This document shows positions 32,301 to 41,013 of a DNA stretch of 64,000 nt, in pieces (within the stretch, counting starts at the first letter, position 1; every line of letters starts with the position of its first letter). The position numbers and the translations under genes were made by a program. The notes below the pieces were generated by a model. That model did no database searches. It was not told the DNA's origin and was given only the letters and a program-made list of their open reading frames with translations. The stretch covers positions 81,766-145,765 of the forward strand of contig FR893523.1 of NCBI GenBank assembly GCA_000434035.1. The letters run 5' to 3'. This DNA comes from Clostridium sp. CAG:452. Lineage in GTDB: Bacteria; Bacillota; Clostridia; TANB77; CAG-508.

Positions 32301-34392
32301 ATATGTTCATCCTAAAGATGCTGTAACAGTAAGAAAAGGAGATATAGTTACATATAAAATAAGAGTATATAATGAAGGCGATAGAAATGGATATGCAACA
32401 GAAGTAACAGACTACTTGCCAGAAGGACTAGGTTTCTTACCTAACTATACAAATAACAGCATTTGGTCAATACCAAAAACAACAGATGAAGCAACAGGAA
32501 AAGAAGTATTGCCAGAGGGAATTGAAATAAAGAACTTAGTTGGAGAAAATGGTTTCTATAAAGACGAATCAGAAATAAACAAAGATAAAATAAAACTAGA
32601 GGACTTTAAAGATCCAATAACAGGTGAAGTGCCAACAGATTATAGCCAAATACAAATAGTAACAGGCGAAAGAGCAGCAATATCAACAAAAGCATTAAAA
32701 GAAAAATTAATTAAAGCATATAAATCACAAAAAGCTGATGAAGACTTATGGCAACAAAGTACAAATGATGAAAAAGATGGATTATTCTATCAAGAAGTTG
32801 AAATAACATGTATAGTTTTAAAAGAAAACACATATAAAGGAATACTAAAAAATGTTGCAGAAATAACAGAAGAATATGATGAAAATGGAAACAAAATAGA
32901 ACAAAAAGGTGATGACAGAGATTCTGAGCCAAAAAATGTTTATGAAGATGATAAACATACACCAGGCAAAGAAGAAAATGGATATACACCAGGTGAACAA
33001 GATGACGATGATTTTGAACAATTACAATTAAAATATTTTGATTTAGCACTTCGTAAATTTATAACAAAAGTAGATGGAGAAGCACCAGAAGCATCAAGAG
33101 AACCAGTGCCAGATGTAAGTACATTAATAGATGGAACATATGATAGAAATGGCAAAAAAGAACATACAGCAACATATAATCATCCAAAAGATCCATTATG
33201 GGTAAAAAACGGAAGCAAAGTAGAATATACAATAAGAGTTTACAATGAAGGCTCAGAAGATGGATATGCATATGAAGTTTCAGATGATATACCTAATGGA
33301 TTAGTATTTGAAGCAGATGATGCAACAAACAAAGCATATGGCTGGGTAATGTATAGAGAAATGACAGAAGGCGATGAAAACATTGCTAAAGAAGACATTA
33401 TAGAATATAATGGTAAAAAATATGTTATAACAACAAAAGCAGAAGAAGCAACAATGATAAGAACAAGATACTTAGAAAAAACATTAATAAAAGCATTTGA
33501 CCCAGAAACAAAAACATTAAGTTATGCAGACGTAAAAGTAGTATTTACAATAAAAGAACCAAAAGACTTTGATAAGGATAGAGTAATAATAAATCAAGCA
33601 CAAATTACAGAAGATAGTGGGGATGACGAAGATTCAACACCAAACGAATGGCAAGATGAAGACGACGAAGATATAGAAAAAGTACGTATACCAATCTTTG
33701 ATTTAAGCTTATTAAAATGGGTAACACAATCAGTAGTAACAGTAGATGGAAAAACAACTACAACAAATACTGGATTTAAACCAAATAAAGGCTTAACAGA
33801 AAGCACTGGAGAAGGAATAAGAAACAACAACGAACCAGAACCAATAGCAAAAGTAGAATTAGACAAGAAAAAATTAAATAAAACTGTTGTTAAATTTGTA
33901 TACAAAATAAGAGTAACAAACGAAGGAGAAATTCCAGGATATGCAACAGAAGTAACAGACTATATTCCAGAAGGATTAGAATTCCATGTAGAGGATGGAA
34001 ACAACAAACAATATGGATGGGTAAAATCTGGAGATGATAAAATAGTAACAAGAGCACTAGAAACTGTATTATTAAATCCAGGAGAATCAAAAGAACTAGA
34101 AATAACATTCAGATGGATAAATAGTGAAAAGAATCTAGGACAAAAAATAAATATAGCAGAAATATCAGAAGATGCAAACGACTACAATACAGATGACATA
34201 GACTCAACACCAAACAACAAAGAAAATCCATATAAAGAAGAACAAGAAGACGATGACGACTTTGCATTAGTAATTCTATCAATAAAAACAGGTGCAACAC
34301 AATTTATGAGTTACTTTACATTAATAACAATAACACTTGCAATCGTAGGTGGAGGAATAATCTTAATAAAGAAATATGTATTAAAGTCATAA
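29344..34392 (+). CDS. large cell-wall-anchored adhesin: N-terminal thioester-like domain, five DUF11/B-repeat type domains, sortase signal
   Basis: Signal peptide. FYCIRGG and QQLAFWYF resemble thioester-domain Cys and Q-x-A-F-W motifs. Repeated FDLALRKFIT...VTYKIRVYNEG..GYATEVTDYLPEGL modules. C-terminal SIKTG, hydrophobic helix and KKYVLKS tail. Confidence 0.85.
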   Translation: MKRIKILLMALIVALISIAVLNPNAIYAAEEKRDLTYQRTRPYSEDNGDNNIDNEEYTFARHKDGQEFKYSIVKIFDYNKRELETPYKKFEDSFYCIRGGKGFGSVEFGDNSSANSTKYTVIENMKSNANEVIAKYKELYNINLDRTENITFNEKTYNNVNIYNAMLWIADNAYLPVNTDKYNAQEYKTELLTKIGIAKVNQGMITDDDLEVIQQLAFWYFANYDENGKNESVSTTNPTPVNWLAINESNDVFGTRRANYLNRIYQYFIEGALKEGSDSTSTIRETTNSDSVNIEFDKNIKFGVEDKSSTGTKPNPYENYYLIGPFKITTNDARYNDFELALKDGKGNIVNQYFYFEQTEDTLKRMQIFDVINSTGNKVELEKVTYNNEYYIKLYKSAMEFVDIDCSKFSLKVSKTGKWATANFLYATGNDQAVIEIKRDKAEAEDEISTEVPKRFDLALRKFITAIKRAEKNIEVADRTPRVDTTTLINGIKDDRTGEVEYTATYTHPKDKQKVETGDIVTYKIRVYNEGQVDGTATEVTDYLPAGLELVAGSAINTKYGWKTGEQITLKDGSKVTPITSNYLKDTTIKAFDRTKTSETTEGIWQKAEKGEGGLYYADLEVECKVVAIASGVEQNLRNIAAITVDSGDDDDSVPEKPNLDDYTPPTDNSTYQEDDDDYEDLVLPGKTFDLALRKYITEVNGTKLEDTRVPDIDVTKLASGEATTADYKHKKYPVEVKTEDIVTYRFTVYNEGDIEGYVYSITDYLPQGLEFDAKSNPEFIEAKTSGEYTAEELEGKEYIYSINKEKNTITISKIPAQGETGLQPYLFGLNPFDGEKLDSKSIDIKFKVSAETSANDMVLTNIATMDYTSAPRPQEEKIKDRDSKPENFTEPTAEDLLEPLPGYKGNEENKNDLTDSKYHYKGQEDDDDFEKIIIKGTPFDLSLRKFITKLNGTELKDEKDRTPKINTSKLNTIDSTTGKKITTAEYVHPKDAVTVRKGDIVTYKIRVYNEGDRNGYATEVTDYLPEGLGFLPNYTNNSIWSIPKTTDEATGKEVLPEGIEIKNLVGENGFYKDESEINKDKIKLEDFKDPITGEVPTDYSQIQIVTGERAAISTKALKEKLIKAYKSQKADEDLWQQSTNDEKDGLFYQEVEITCIVLKENTYKGILKNVAEITEEYDENGNKIEQKGDDRDSEPKNVYEDDKHTPGKEENGYTPGEQDDDDFEQLQLKYFDLALRKFITKVDGEAPEASREPVPDVSTLIDGTYDRNGKKEHTATYNHPKDPLWVKNGSKVEYTIRVYNEGSEDGYAYEVSDDIPNGLVFEADDATNKAYGWVMYREMTEGDENIAKEDIIEYNGKKYVITTKAEEATMIRTRYLEKTLIKAFDPETKTLSYADVKVVFTIKEPKDFDKDRVIINQAQITEDSGDDEDSTPNEWQDEDDEDIEKVRIPIFDLSLLKWVTQSVVTVDGKTTTTNTGFKPNKGLTESTGEGIRNNNEPEPIAKVELDKKKLNKTVVKFVYKIRVTNEGEIPGYATEVTDYIPEGLEFHVEDGNNKQYGWVKSGDDKIVTRALETVLLNPGESKELEITFRWINSEKNLGQKINIAEISEDANDYNTDDIDSTPNNKENPYKEEQEDDDDFALVILSIKTGATQFMSYFTLITITLAIVGGGIILIKKYVLKS
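30705..34100 (+). repeat. five tandem domain-encoding repeats inside the adhesin gene
   Basis: TTTGA(C/T)TTAGCA-type module starts at about 30708, 31408, 32161, 33037 and 33697, separated by Asp-rich linkers. Confidence 0.75.
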
Positions 34393-34399
34393 ATGAAAT

Positions 34400-34437
34400 A
34401 AGAAGAGATTAGAATTTAATTCTAATCTCTTCTTATT
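34400..34437 (+). terminator. long perfect hairpin after the adhesin gene
   Basis: aagaagagattagaa tttaa ttctaatctcttctt. Confidence 0.65.
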
Positions 34438-34627
34438 GTATAGGAAAAATCGACTTTTATCTTGACCTCATGTAAGATTTTTCCGTATACAACAAGGTTA
34501 GGCTACCTTAAAACGCCCGAACGAAGTGAGGGATGAATTCCAATTTGTATTATAATGGAAATTTTTTAAATTTATTTACAAATATAATTTTATTATGTTA
34601 TAATCTGTTTTATAAGGAGAAGATAGA

Positions 34628-35584
34628 ATGAATCAAATATTATCAACAGAAGATCCAAATAAAAAGAAGACAAAACAAAAAATGAATTCACCAGAATTTA
34701 ATAAAATAGTTAAAGTTTTTGCTATTGCAATTTTTATTTTTGGCGCAGCTTTGATAGGCGTTTATTCATACAAATTAATAAATAAAAGTAAGATAAATAA
34801 AATAGCAAAACCAGAAATAGTTTTAGACCAAGTGGAAGATGAAGCTACAATTTCTGCAAAGGCTGAAGGCGGAATAGAAAAAATCACATATTATTGGGAT
34901 TTGAATGATAAGACTGAAAAATCATTAAACGGAACAAGTGAATACAGTGAGTCTATTGCAATACCAAAAGGAACAAATACTTTAACTGTAAAAGTAATTG
35001 ATAGAAATGCTCAAGAGTTTGAAACAAGTAAAGAATATACAGGAACAAAAGACACAGAAAAGCCATTAATAGACTTGGACAAAACAGATGGAACAAATAT
35101 AACAGTAACAGATGAAACAGAACTTGCATATGCAACATATAGATGGGAAGATGAACCAGAAGAAAATACTGTTAAAGTAGAAGCAGAACCAAAAGAAGGA
35201 GAAACTGTTGCTAAGGAAATTAATATAAAAATAACTGCCAAAAAAGGAACAAATACATTAATAATTACAGCGGTTGATGCTGCTGGCAATACAGAAATAT
35301 CAAGAAAAACATATGTGGGAAAAACAGACCCAGAAATAGACGTTTATAGAGAAGGAGATAAATTATATTTAAAAATTACTCATGAACTTGGATTTAAAAA
35401 AGTTGAGTTTTCAGTAAATGGACAAACTTTAGCATATGATCAAAACTTTAGTGGATATGATGCTACAAAGAAAGAGTTATTCTATTATTTCAATTTAAAA
35501 GAAGGAAAGAATGAAGTAGCAATAGTAGCAACAAGTAATGAAGATACACAAAAAACATATGTAGGGCAATGCCAGTACCCATAA
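34628..35584 (+). CDS. membrane-anchored protein with Ig-like repeat segments, unknown function
   Basis: N-terminal TM helix. Repeated ..GTNTL(T/I)(V/I)..D..G.. segments. Confidence 0.6.
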   Translation: MNQILSTEDPNKKKTKQKMNSPEFNKIVKVFAIAIFIFGAALIGVYSYKLINKSKINKIAKPEIVLDQVEDEATISAKAEGGIEKITYYWDLNDKTEKSLNGTSEYSESIAIPKGTNTLTVKVIDRNAQEFETSKEYTGTKDTEKPLIDLDKTDGTNITVTDETELAYATYRWEDEPEENTVKVEAEPKEGETVAKEINIKITAKKGTNTLIITAVDAAGNTEISRKTYVGKTDPEIDVYREGDKLYLKITHELGFKKVEFSVNGQTLAYDQNFSGYDATKKELFYYFNLKEGKNEVAIVATSNEDTQKTYVGQCQYP

Positions 35585-35607
35585 AATACTAATGATAGGA
35601 GAAAAAG

Positions 35608-36543
35608 ATGATTAAAGAAATACATATTATAGACTGTAATAATGATTTAATAATGACGTTAAGAGAACTATTTGAAGAGGAAAGAGCATTTAGATTTAGA
35701 AATATAAATCCAGATAAATTAGAGCTTTCTCTAAAAAGTATTCCAAGTCTTATAATAATTAATGAAGAATCAATTAATGAAGATGTATTAGAATTATGCG
35801 AAAAAATAAGAAAAAATGAGGATAATAGTATTACTCCTATAATAGTAATAACAGCCGATGATTCAAAAGAGCATAAAATAGATATTTTAGAAAGATCAGT
35901 AGAATATGTTATTTCAAAAAAAGAGATTAAAGATTATTTGTATTATATAATAAAAAATCTATCAAGATTATTAACTGTAAATAGAACCGTTAGTCCGCTT
36001 ACAGGATTACCAGGGAATTTGCCAATACAAACAGAACTTAAAAAAAGACTATTAAAAAAAGAACCATTTGTTGTATTGTATATTGATTTAGATAACTTTA
36101 AAGCATACAATGACGTATATGGATTTTTAAAAGGCGATGAGATAATAAAATTAACTGCAAAAATAATAACAAAACACATACATGCATTAGAAAGTACAGA
36201 TGCATTCGTTGGCCACATAGGTGGTGATGATTTTGTTGCAATAACAAATGATGATATAGACTATGAAGCAATATGTCAAGATATAATTGCAGAGTTTGAC
36301 GTGGAAGTTTTAAAGCTTTTTAACGATACAGATATAGAAAGAAAATACATAGAAGTTCAAAACAGAAAAGGAGTAATGGAACAATTTCCACTAACATCTA
36401 TTTCAATAGGAGTCGTGGTAGCAGATGCAAAGAGATTTTCAAATACTTTAGAAATAGGAGAAGTAGGAGCACAGGTTAAGCATCTATCAAAAACAACAAT
36501 GGGAAGTTCTTATGCTATAGATAGAAGAGAAGAAAATGATTAA
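35608..36543 (+). CDS. GGDEF-domain protein with a degenerate receiver-like N-domain
   Basis: LTGLPGN..YIDLDNFKAYND..GHIGGDDFVAI (GGDDF signature). The N-domain has IIINEE where the phospho-acceptor Asp is expected. Confidence 0.8.
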   Translation: MIKEIHIIDCNNDLIMTLRELFEEERAFRFRNINPDKLELSLKSIPSLIIINEESINEDVLELCEKIRKNEDNSITPIIVITADDSKEHKIDILERSVEYVISKKEIKDYLYYIIKNLSRLLTVNRTVSPLTGLPGNLPIQTELKKRLLKKEPFVVLYIDLDNFKAYNDVYGFLKGDEIIKLTAKIITKHIHALESTDAFVGHIGGDDFVAITNDDIDYEAICQDIIAEFDVEVLKLFNDTDIERKYIEVQNRKGVMEQFPLTSISIGVVVADAKRFSNTLEIGEVGAQVKHLSKTTMGSSYAIDRREEND

Positions 36544-36598
36544 TAAAAAGAATAACATTAAAAAACACTTCATATATATTTTATATGAGGTGTTTTTT

Positions 36599-37324
36599 AT
36601 GGTAGTAATAAATAGAAAAAAGATAATATTTTGGGCGGGAATAATTGCGACATTTATGTTTTTGTATTCAATTACAGCATACAATGTAAATAATACAAAA
36701 AATAAAACAGTTGCAACAGTGGCTTTACCAGTAAATAATAAAGTGATTGTAATAGACGCAGGACATGGAGTTCCAGATGAAGGTGCTCAAAGTAGTAATG
36801 GAACAACCGAAGCAGAAAGTAATTTAAAAATAGCGTTAAAAGTGCAAAATCTGCTAGAACAATCTGGCGCAACTGTAATACTTACACGCTCAGATGAAAA
36901 TGCAATATATGATTTGGACAGTAATACATTAAAACAAAAAAAGATATCAGATATTCATAATAGAGTAAAAATAGGCAATGAATCAAGTGCAGATATATTT
37001 GTATCAATTCACTTGAACAAAATACCACAGCAACAATATTGGGGATGGCAAACATTTTATAAGCAAGAAAGCCCAGAAGGGCAAAAACTAGCAACATGCA
37101 TACAAAACAGTTTAAATCAAACAATACAAAAGCAGAATGATAGAGTGCCATTAAAAATAGATAATGTATATATAATAAAGCATGTGGAAATACCAATAAG
37201 TATAGTAGAGTGTGGCTTCTTGTCAAATCCAGAAGAAGAACAACTGTTACTAACAGATGATTATCAAACAAAACTAGCTTGGGGAATATATACTGGAATA
37301 ATGGATTATTTTTATAATATGTGA
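36599..37324 (+). CDS. cwlD: N-acetylmuramoyl-L-alanine amidase, CwlD-like
   Basis: TM helix, then VIVIDAGHGVPDEGA..SIHLN..VECGFLSNPEE (Amidase_3). Start taken at ATG 36599. Confidence 0.8.
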   Translation: MVVINRKKIIFWAGIIATFMFLYSITAYNVNNTKNKTVATVALPVNNKVIVIDAGHGVPDEGAQSSNGTTEAESNLKIALKVQNLLEQSGATVILTRSDENAIYDLDSNTLKQKKISDIHNRVKIGNESSADIFVSIHLNKIPQQQYWGWQTFYKQESPEGQKLATCIQNSLNQTIQKQNDRVPLKIDNVYIIKHVEIPISIVECGFLSNPEEEQLLLTDDYQTKLAWGIYTGIMDYFYNM

Positions 37325-37333
37325 TAAAATAGC

Positions 37334-37369
37334 CCTGATGAAAAATGTTCATCAGGATTTTTTTTAAAG
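37334..37369 (+). terminator. rho-independent terminator
   Basis: cctgatgaa aaatg ttcatcagg atttttttt. Confidence 0.8.
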
Positions 37370-37378
37370 GATGAAGAT

Positions 37379-38725
37379 ATGAAAAATTATATTAATGTTA
37401 TTGGAGGGGGATTAGCTGGCTGTGAGGCCGCTTACCAGATTGCTAAAAGAGGTATTAAAGTAAAATTATATGAGATGAAACCTAGTGTTTTTTCTCCCGC
37501 ACATTCGAATAATAATTTAGCAGAGATTGTTTGCAGTAACTCTTTTAAATCAAATGCAATTACAAATGCATGTGGATTACTAAAACAAGAGTTAAGAGAA
37601 CTTGACTCACTTCTTATAAAATGTGCTGATTTAACAGCTGTTCCCGCAGGACAAGCGTTAGCTGTAGATAGAGATGAATTTTCTAAATTAGTAACTAAAA
37701 AAATAGAAGAAAATGAAAATATAGAAATTATAAGAGAAGAATTTATAGGCAATTTAGAAAAAGATGCTATAACTATTATCGCAACAGGACCACTTACATC
37801 AGACAAAATGGCAGAACAAATTTTAAAAATAACAGGGGAAAATAAGTTATATTTTTATGATGCTGCTGCACCAATTGTGGAAAAGAGCAGTATTAATATG
37901 AATATTGCTTTTTATGGAGATAGATATTCACAGGAAAAGAAAAAAGAAGAAAGTATGCAAGAATGGAAAGAAAGACTAAAAAAGCAAGAAGATACAAGCT
38001 ATATAAATCTTCCGTTTAATGAAGAGGAATATTTAAGATTCTATAACGAACTTATAAACGCGGAGGTTGTAACTCTACATGAGTTTGAAAAAAGAGAAAT
38101 TTTTGAAGGATGTATGCCAATAGAAGTAATGGCAAAAAGAGGGGAAGATACAATTAGATTTGGACCATTAAAACCAGTTGGCTTTGATGATCCAAGAACA
38201 GGTAAAAGGCCATATGCAATTGTACAATTAAGACAAGATAATACTAGCGGTACATTATATAATTTGGTAGGATTTCAAACTAATTTAAAATTTGGAGAGC
38301 AAAAAAGAGTATTTTCTATGATACCAGGACTAGAAGATGCAGAATTTATAAAATATGGTGTTATGCACAGAAATACATATATAAATTCACCAAAATTGTT
38401 AAACAAAGAAGGTAATTTAAGAACTAATAATAATATTTTCTTTGCGGGACAAATAACAGGAGTAGAGGGATATGTAGAATCAATTGCGTCAGGTTTATTT
38501 GCTGGAATAAATGCAGTAAAAGAACTAAAACAAGAAGAAAAAATAATTTTCCCAAAAGAAACAGTAATAGGAGCATTAACAAATTACGTTTCTTCACCAA
38601 ATGAAAAATTTCAACCAATGAATGCAAATTTTGGAATATTACCTCCACTAGAAGAAAAAGTTAAAGATAAAAAGAAGAGATATGAGAAAATGGCCGAAAG
38701 GTCTTTGAATAAGATTATACAATAG
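37379..38725 (+). CDS. trmFO: methylenetetrahydrofolate--tRNA-(uracil-5-)-methyltransferase
   Basis: VIGGGLAGCEAAYQIAKRG FAD fold. Full-length Gid/TrmFO architecture. Confidence 0.9.
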   Translation: MKNYINVIGGGLAGCEAAYQIAKRGIKVKLYEMKPSVFSPAHSNNNLAEIVCSNSFKSNAITNACGLLKQELRELDSLLIKCADLTAVPAGQALAVDRDEFSKLVTKKIEENENIEIIREEFIGNLEKDAITIIATGPLTSDKMAEQILKITGENKLYFYDAAAPIVEKSSINMNIAFYGDRYSQEKKKEESMQEWKERLKKQEDTSYINLPFNEEEYLRFYNELINAEVVTLHEFEKREIFEGCMPIEVMAKRGEDTIRFGPLKPVGFDDPRTGKRPYAIVQLRQDNTSGTLYNLVGFQTNLKFGEQKRVFSMIPGLEDAEFIKYGVMHRNTYINSPKLLNKEGNLRTNNNIFFAGQITGVEGYVESIASGLFAGINAVKELKQEEKIIFPKETVIGALTNYVSSPNEKFQPMNANFGILPPLEEKVKDKKKRYEKMAERSLNKIIQ

Positions 38726-38846
38726 TAAAGATATTACACAAGCATTACAGATATGTTAAAAAACAATGACTTTACATAAAACCATTGTAAAAAATGTTAA
38801 ATTATGTTAAAATATATTATATGAGTGTCATATTAGGAGGTAAAAT

Positions 38847-39626
38847 ATGAATAAATGGGAAGATAAATATGAAAAATTAAAAAATGGAGAATTTGATGCA
38901 AGAATAGATGAGTTGAAAGATAAAGCAAACAATAAAACAGCAACAAAGGAAGAATATAAGGAATATGAAAAACTATCAAAATCTAAAAATAATTTAGGAA
39001 AAGTAGAAAATGTATTAGAATACAGAGAAAAACTAAAAGAAGAGTTAAATGAATTAAAACAAGAAGTTGAAACAAGAAAAGATGCTGTTTTAGCAAATCA
39101 AGAGTCTAAGAAACTTGAGAAAGAGTTAGTTAAAATAACTGAAGAAATAATAAAAACAGAAAAAGAACTAAAAGATCCAGAAATTAAAGAAGATAGAAAA
39201 AATGAATTACTTGCAAAAAGAGAAGAATTATATGGAAAAAGAGATGAAAACAATTCTAGATATGCAAAAGCTCAAAAAGCCCTTGAAGGAGAATTTAGTA
39301 GAGAAGGTGAATTAAAGAATTTATCAAAAAAAGAAATAGAAGATAAAGCACTTCTATTAAAAACAAGAATGAGCAAATGTAATATGGTTGCTAAAAACTT
39401 ACTAAATGGTGCTAGTTGGGATACTATAGATTTAAAATTAGATAATTGGGACAAAAAGTATACAAAGAAAAAAGATGTTGAAAAGACAAAAGCTGAGAAC
39501 GAAAATTCAGGTAAAGAGGGAGAAGTATCTGCAAAACCTTCTTTAGAAAATAAGTTAGGAGAATTTTCAGAAGAAGATTTAATTTCTGACTCAAGTGCAG
39601 AAAAATACAAAAAAACAAACAATTAA
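38847..39626 (+). CDS. K/E-rich coiled-coil protein, unknown function
   Basis: 259 aa with a GGAGG RBS. No family recognised. Confidence 0.5.
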   Translation: MNKWEDKYEKLKNGEFDARIDELKDKANNKTATKEEYKEYEKLSKSKNNLGKVENVLEYREKLKEELNELKQEVETRKDAVLANQESKKLEKELVKITEEIIKTEKELKDPEIKEDRKNELLAKREELYGKRDENNSRYAKAQKALEGEFSREGELKNLSKKEIEDKALLLKTRMSKCNMVAKNLLNGASWDTIDLKLDNWDKKYTKKKDVEKTKAENENSGKEGEVSAKPSLENKLGEFSEEDLISDSSAEKYKKTNN

Positions 39627-40003
39627 TGTCTGAAGATAAACATCCTAGATTAACTAAAATTAAAAATTGGTTTAAAAAGATATTAAAAAAAGAAGAAAAG
39701 ATGCTACCAGAGCCAGAAGAAAAGGGAAAATCAGAAAAAATTAAAGCGGCAAGCGCATTAAATAAAACTGAGGAGTCTAAAGAACAAGACGAAGACAAGT
39801 CTTTTAGAGAATATATAAAAGCAGTAGCAGAAAAAGGCATGGACGGAGTTTCAATGGAAGAAAAAGTAGCAAAACAAGAAAAAGCAGAAAGAAAGCTTGC
39901 TGAAATGAGAAAAGCAAACAGAGCCGCAGAAGCAGAAAAATTTGGACAAGATTATGCAGAAAAATCAGATTATAGAAATAAAGATGATGGTGAAGAAAGA
40001 TAA
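39626..40003 (+). CDS. K/E-rich protein, unknown function
   Basis: 125 aa. Its start overlaps the previous stop (TAATG). Confidence 0.45.
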   Translation: MSEDKHPRLTKIKNWFKKILKKEEKMLPEPEEKGKSEKIKAASALNKTEESKEQDEDKSFREYIKAVAEKGMDGVSMEEKVAKQEKAERKLAEMRKANRAAEAEKFGQDYAEKSDYRNKDDGEER

Positions 40004-40112
40004 AATTAATAAAGCTCATATAAAAATATGGGCTTTATTTTTTTGCAAAAAAATTAAAAAAACTTTGCAAAAAGTATTGCATTTTATAATCTAATCGTAT
40101 AAAATAAGTTCA

Positions 40113-40140
40113 AAGTGGAGCGAAGTGGAGGAAAGTGGAA
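40113..40140 (+). promoter_or_regulatory. three direct AAGTGGA repeats at 10-bp spacing (candidate MraZ operator)
   Basis: aagtggag cg aagtggag ga aagtggaa lies 35 nt upstream of mraZ, with a further AAGTGAA/AGGTGGA downstream. Confidence 0.55.
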
Positions 40141-40174
40141 TAAAAATCCTCAAAAGTGAAGAGAGGTGGAACAT

Positions 40175-40607
40175 TTGTTAATAGGCGAATATGAGCACTC
40201 AATTGATACAAAAGGTAGACTTATAATGCCTTCTAAATTAAAAGAAGACATTGGAGAAAAGTTTGTTATAACACAAGGCCTAGATGGATGCTTGTTTGTA
40301 TATTCGCGGAAACGAATGGAAAAACTTCGAAGAAAAATTAAGAACATTTCCACTTACAAATAAAGATGCAAGAGCATTAAAAAGATTTTTCTTAGCAAGA
40401 GCTACTGAATGCGAACTTGATAAGCAAGGAAGATTTTTAATAAATAGCAATTTAAGAGAGTTTGCAGGATTAGAAAAAGAAGTAGTTATAATAGGAGTAT
40501 TAGACAAAATAGAAATTTGGAGCAAAGAAAAATGGCTTAAATATAGTGAAGAAGAAAATTTAGCAGCTGATGAAATTGCAGAAAGAATAGAAAACTTAGG
40601 TATATAA
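40175..40607 (+). CDS. mraZ: transcriptional regulator MraZ, full length only after a +1 shift at 40307
   Basis: MLIGEYEHSIDTKGRLIMPSK (TTG 40175) ..LFVYS|GNEWKNFEEKL..DKQGRFLI. The two SpoVT/AbrB-like halves lie in ORFs 40166.. and 40284... Confidence 0.88.
40307..40310 (+). other. frame transition (+1) at in-frame CGG: TCG-CGG-A
   Basis: ..CLFVYS then CGG. GGA at 40308 begins GNEWKNFEEKLRTFPLTNKDAR. Confidence 0.88.
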
Positions 40608-40619
40608 CTTGGAAAAGTT

Positions 40620-40965
40620 TATATAAAACACAAAAGATAAAAAACAAGATACGAAAGATTAAATTATTAAATACAAAAGAAAGAAAAAATACTAAAGAAA
40701 AGAATACAAAAGATAAAAGAAGTACTAAAGAAAACTAGTACAAAAGAAAAATTTAAAAAACACCAAAGAAAATATTCTAAAAATAAATTACACAAAAGAT
40801 TACAATTATAATTTACTTAACAAGTAAAATTATACACACTAAAGAAAAAATATTAAGTACAAAAGAAATCAATACGACTTTTTAAGAGGGGTTGTAAAAA
40901 AACACACAAAAGAAAAATGGCGAAAGCCAAAAGAAACAAAAGAATTATATAAACAAAAGAGGAAG
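40620..40965 (+). repeat. A-rich non-coding spacer with about a dozen ACWAAAGA motifs, including three ~33-nt tandem units (40672..40775)
   Basis: tacaaaaga(N10)tactaaagaaaa occurs at 40672, 40705 and 40739. More cacaaaaga/cactaaagaaaa copies follow up to 40960. No credible ORF. Confidence 0.7.
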
Positions 40966-41011
40966 ACAGTTGGTACATATATTTTTACCAACTGTTTAAT
41001 GCTATTTTTTT
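40966..41011 (+). terminator. terminator-like hairpin immediately upstream of rsmH
   Basis: acagttggta catatatttt taccaactgt, then ttaatgctattttttt. Confidence 0.55.
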
Positions 41012-41013
41012 AG

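Noticed and set aside
40672-40775. Tandem ~33-nt units as a CRISPR array
   Set aside because: The repeats are degenerate, A-rich and contiguous without unique spacers, and no cas genes are nearby. This is not a CRISPR array.
40671-40808. Open 45-codon Lys-rich frame (IQKKEKILKKRIQKIKEVLKK...) in the mraZ-rsmH spacer
   Set aside because: It has no ATG/GTG/TTG start and no SD sequence. The open frame is a by-product of the A-rich repeats, so I treated the region as non-coding.
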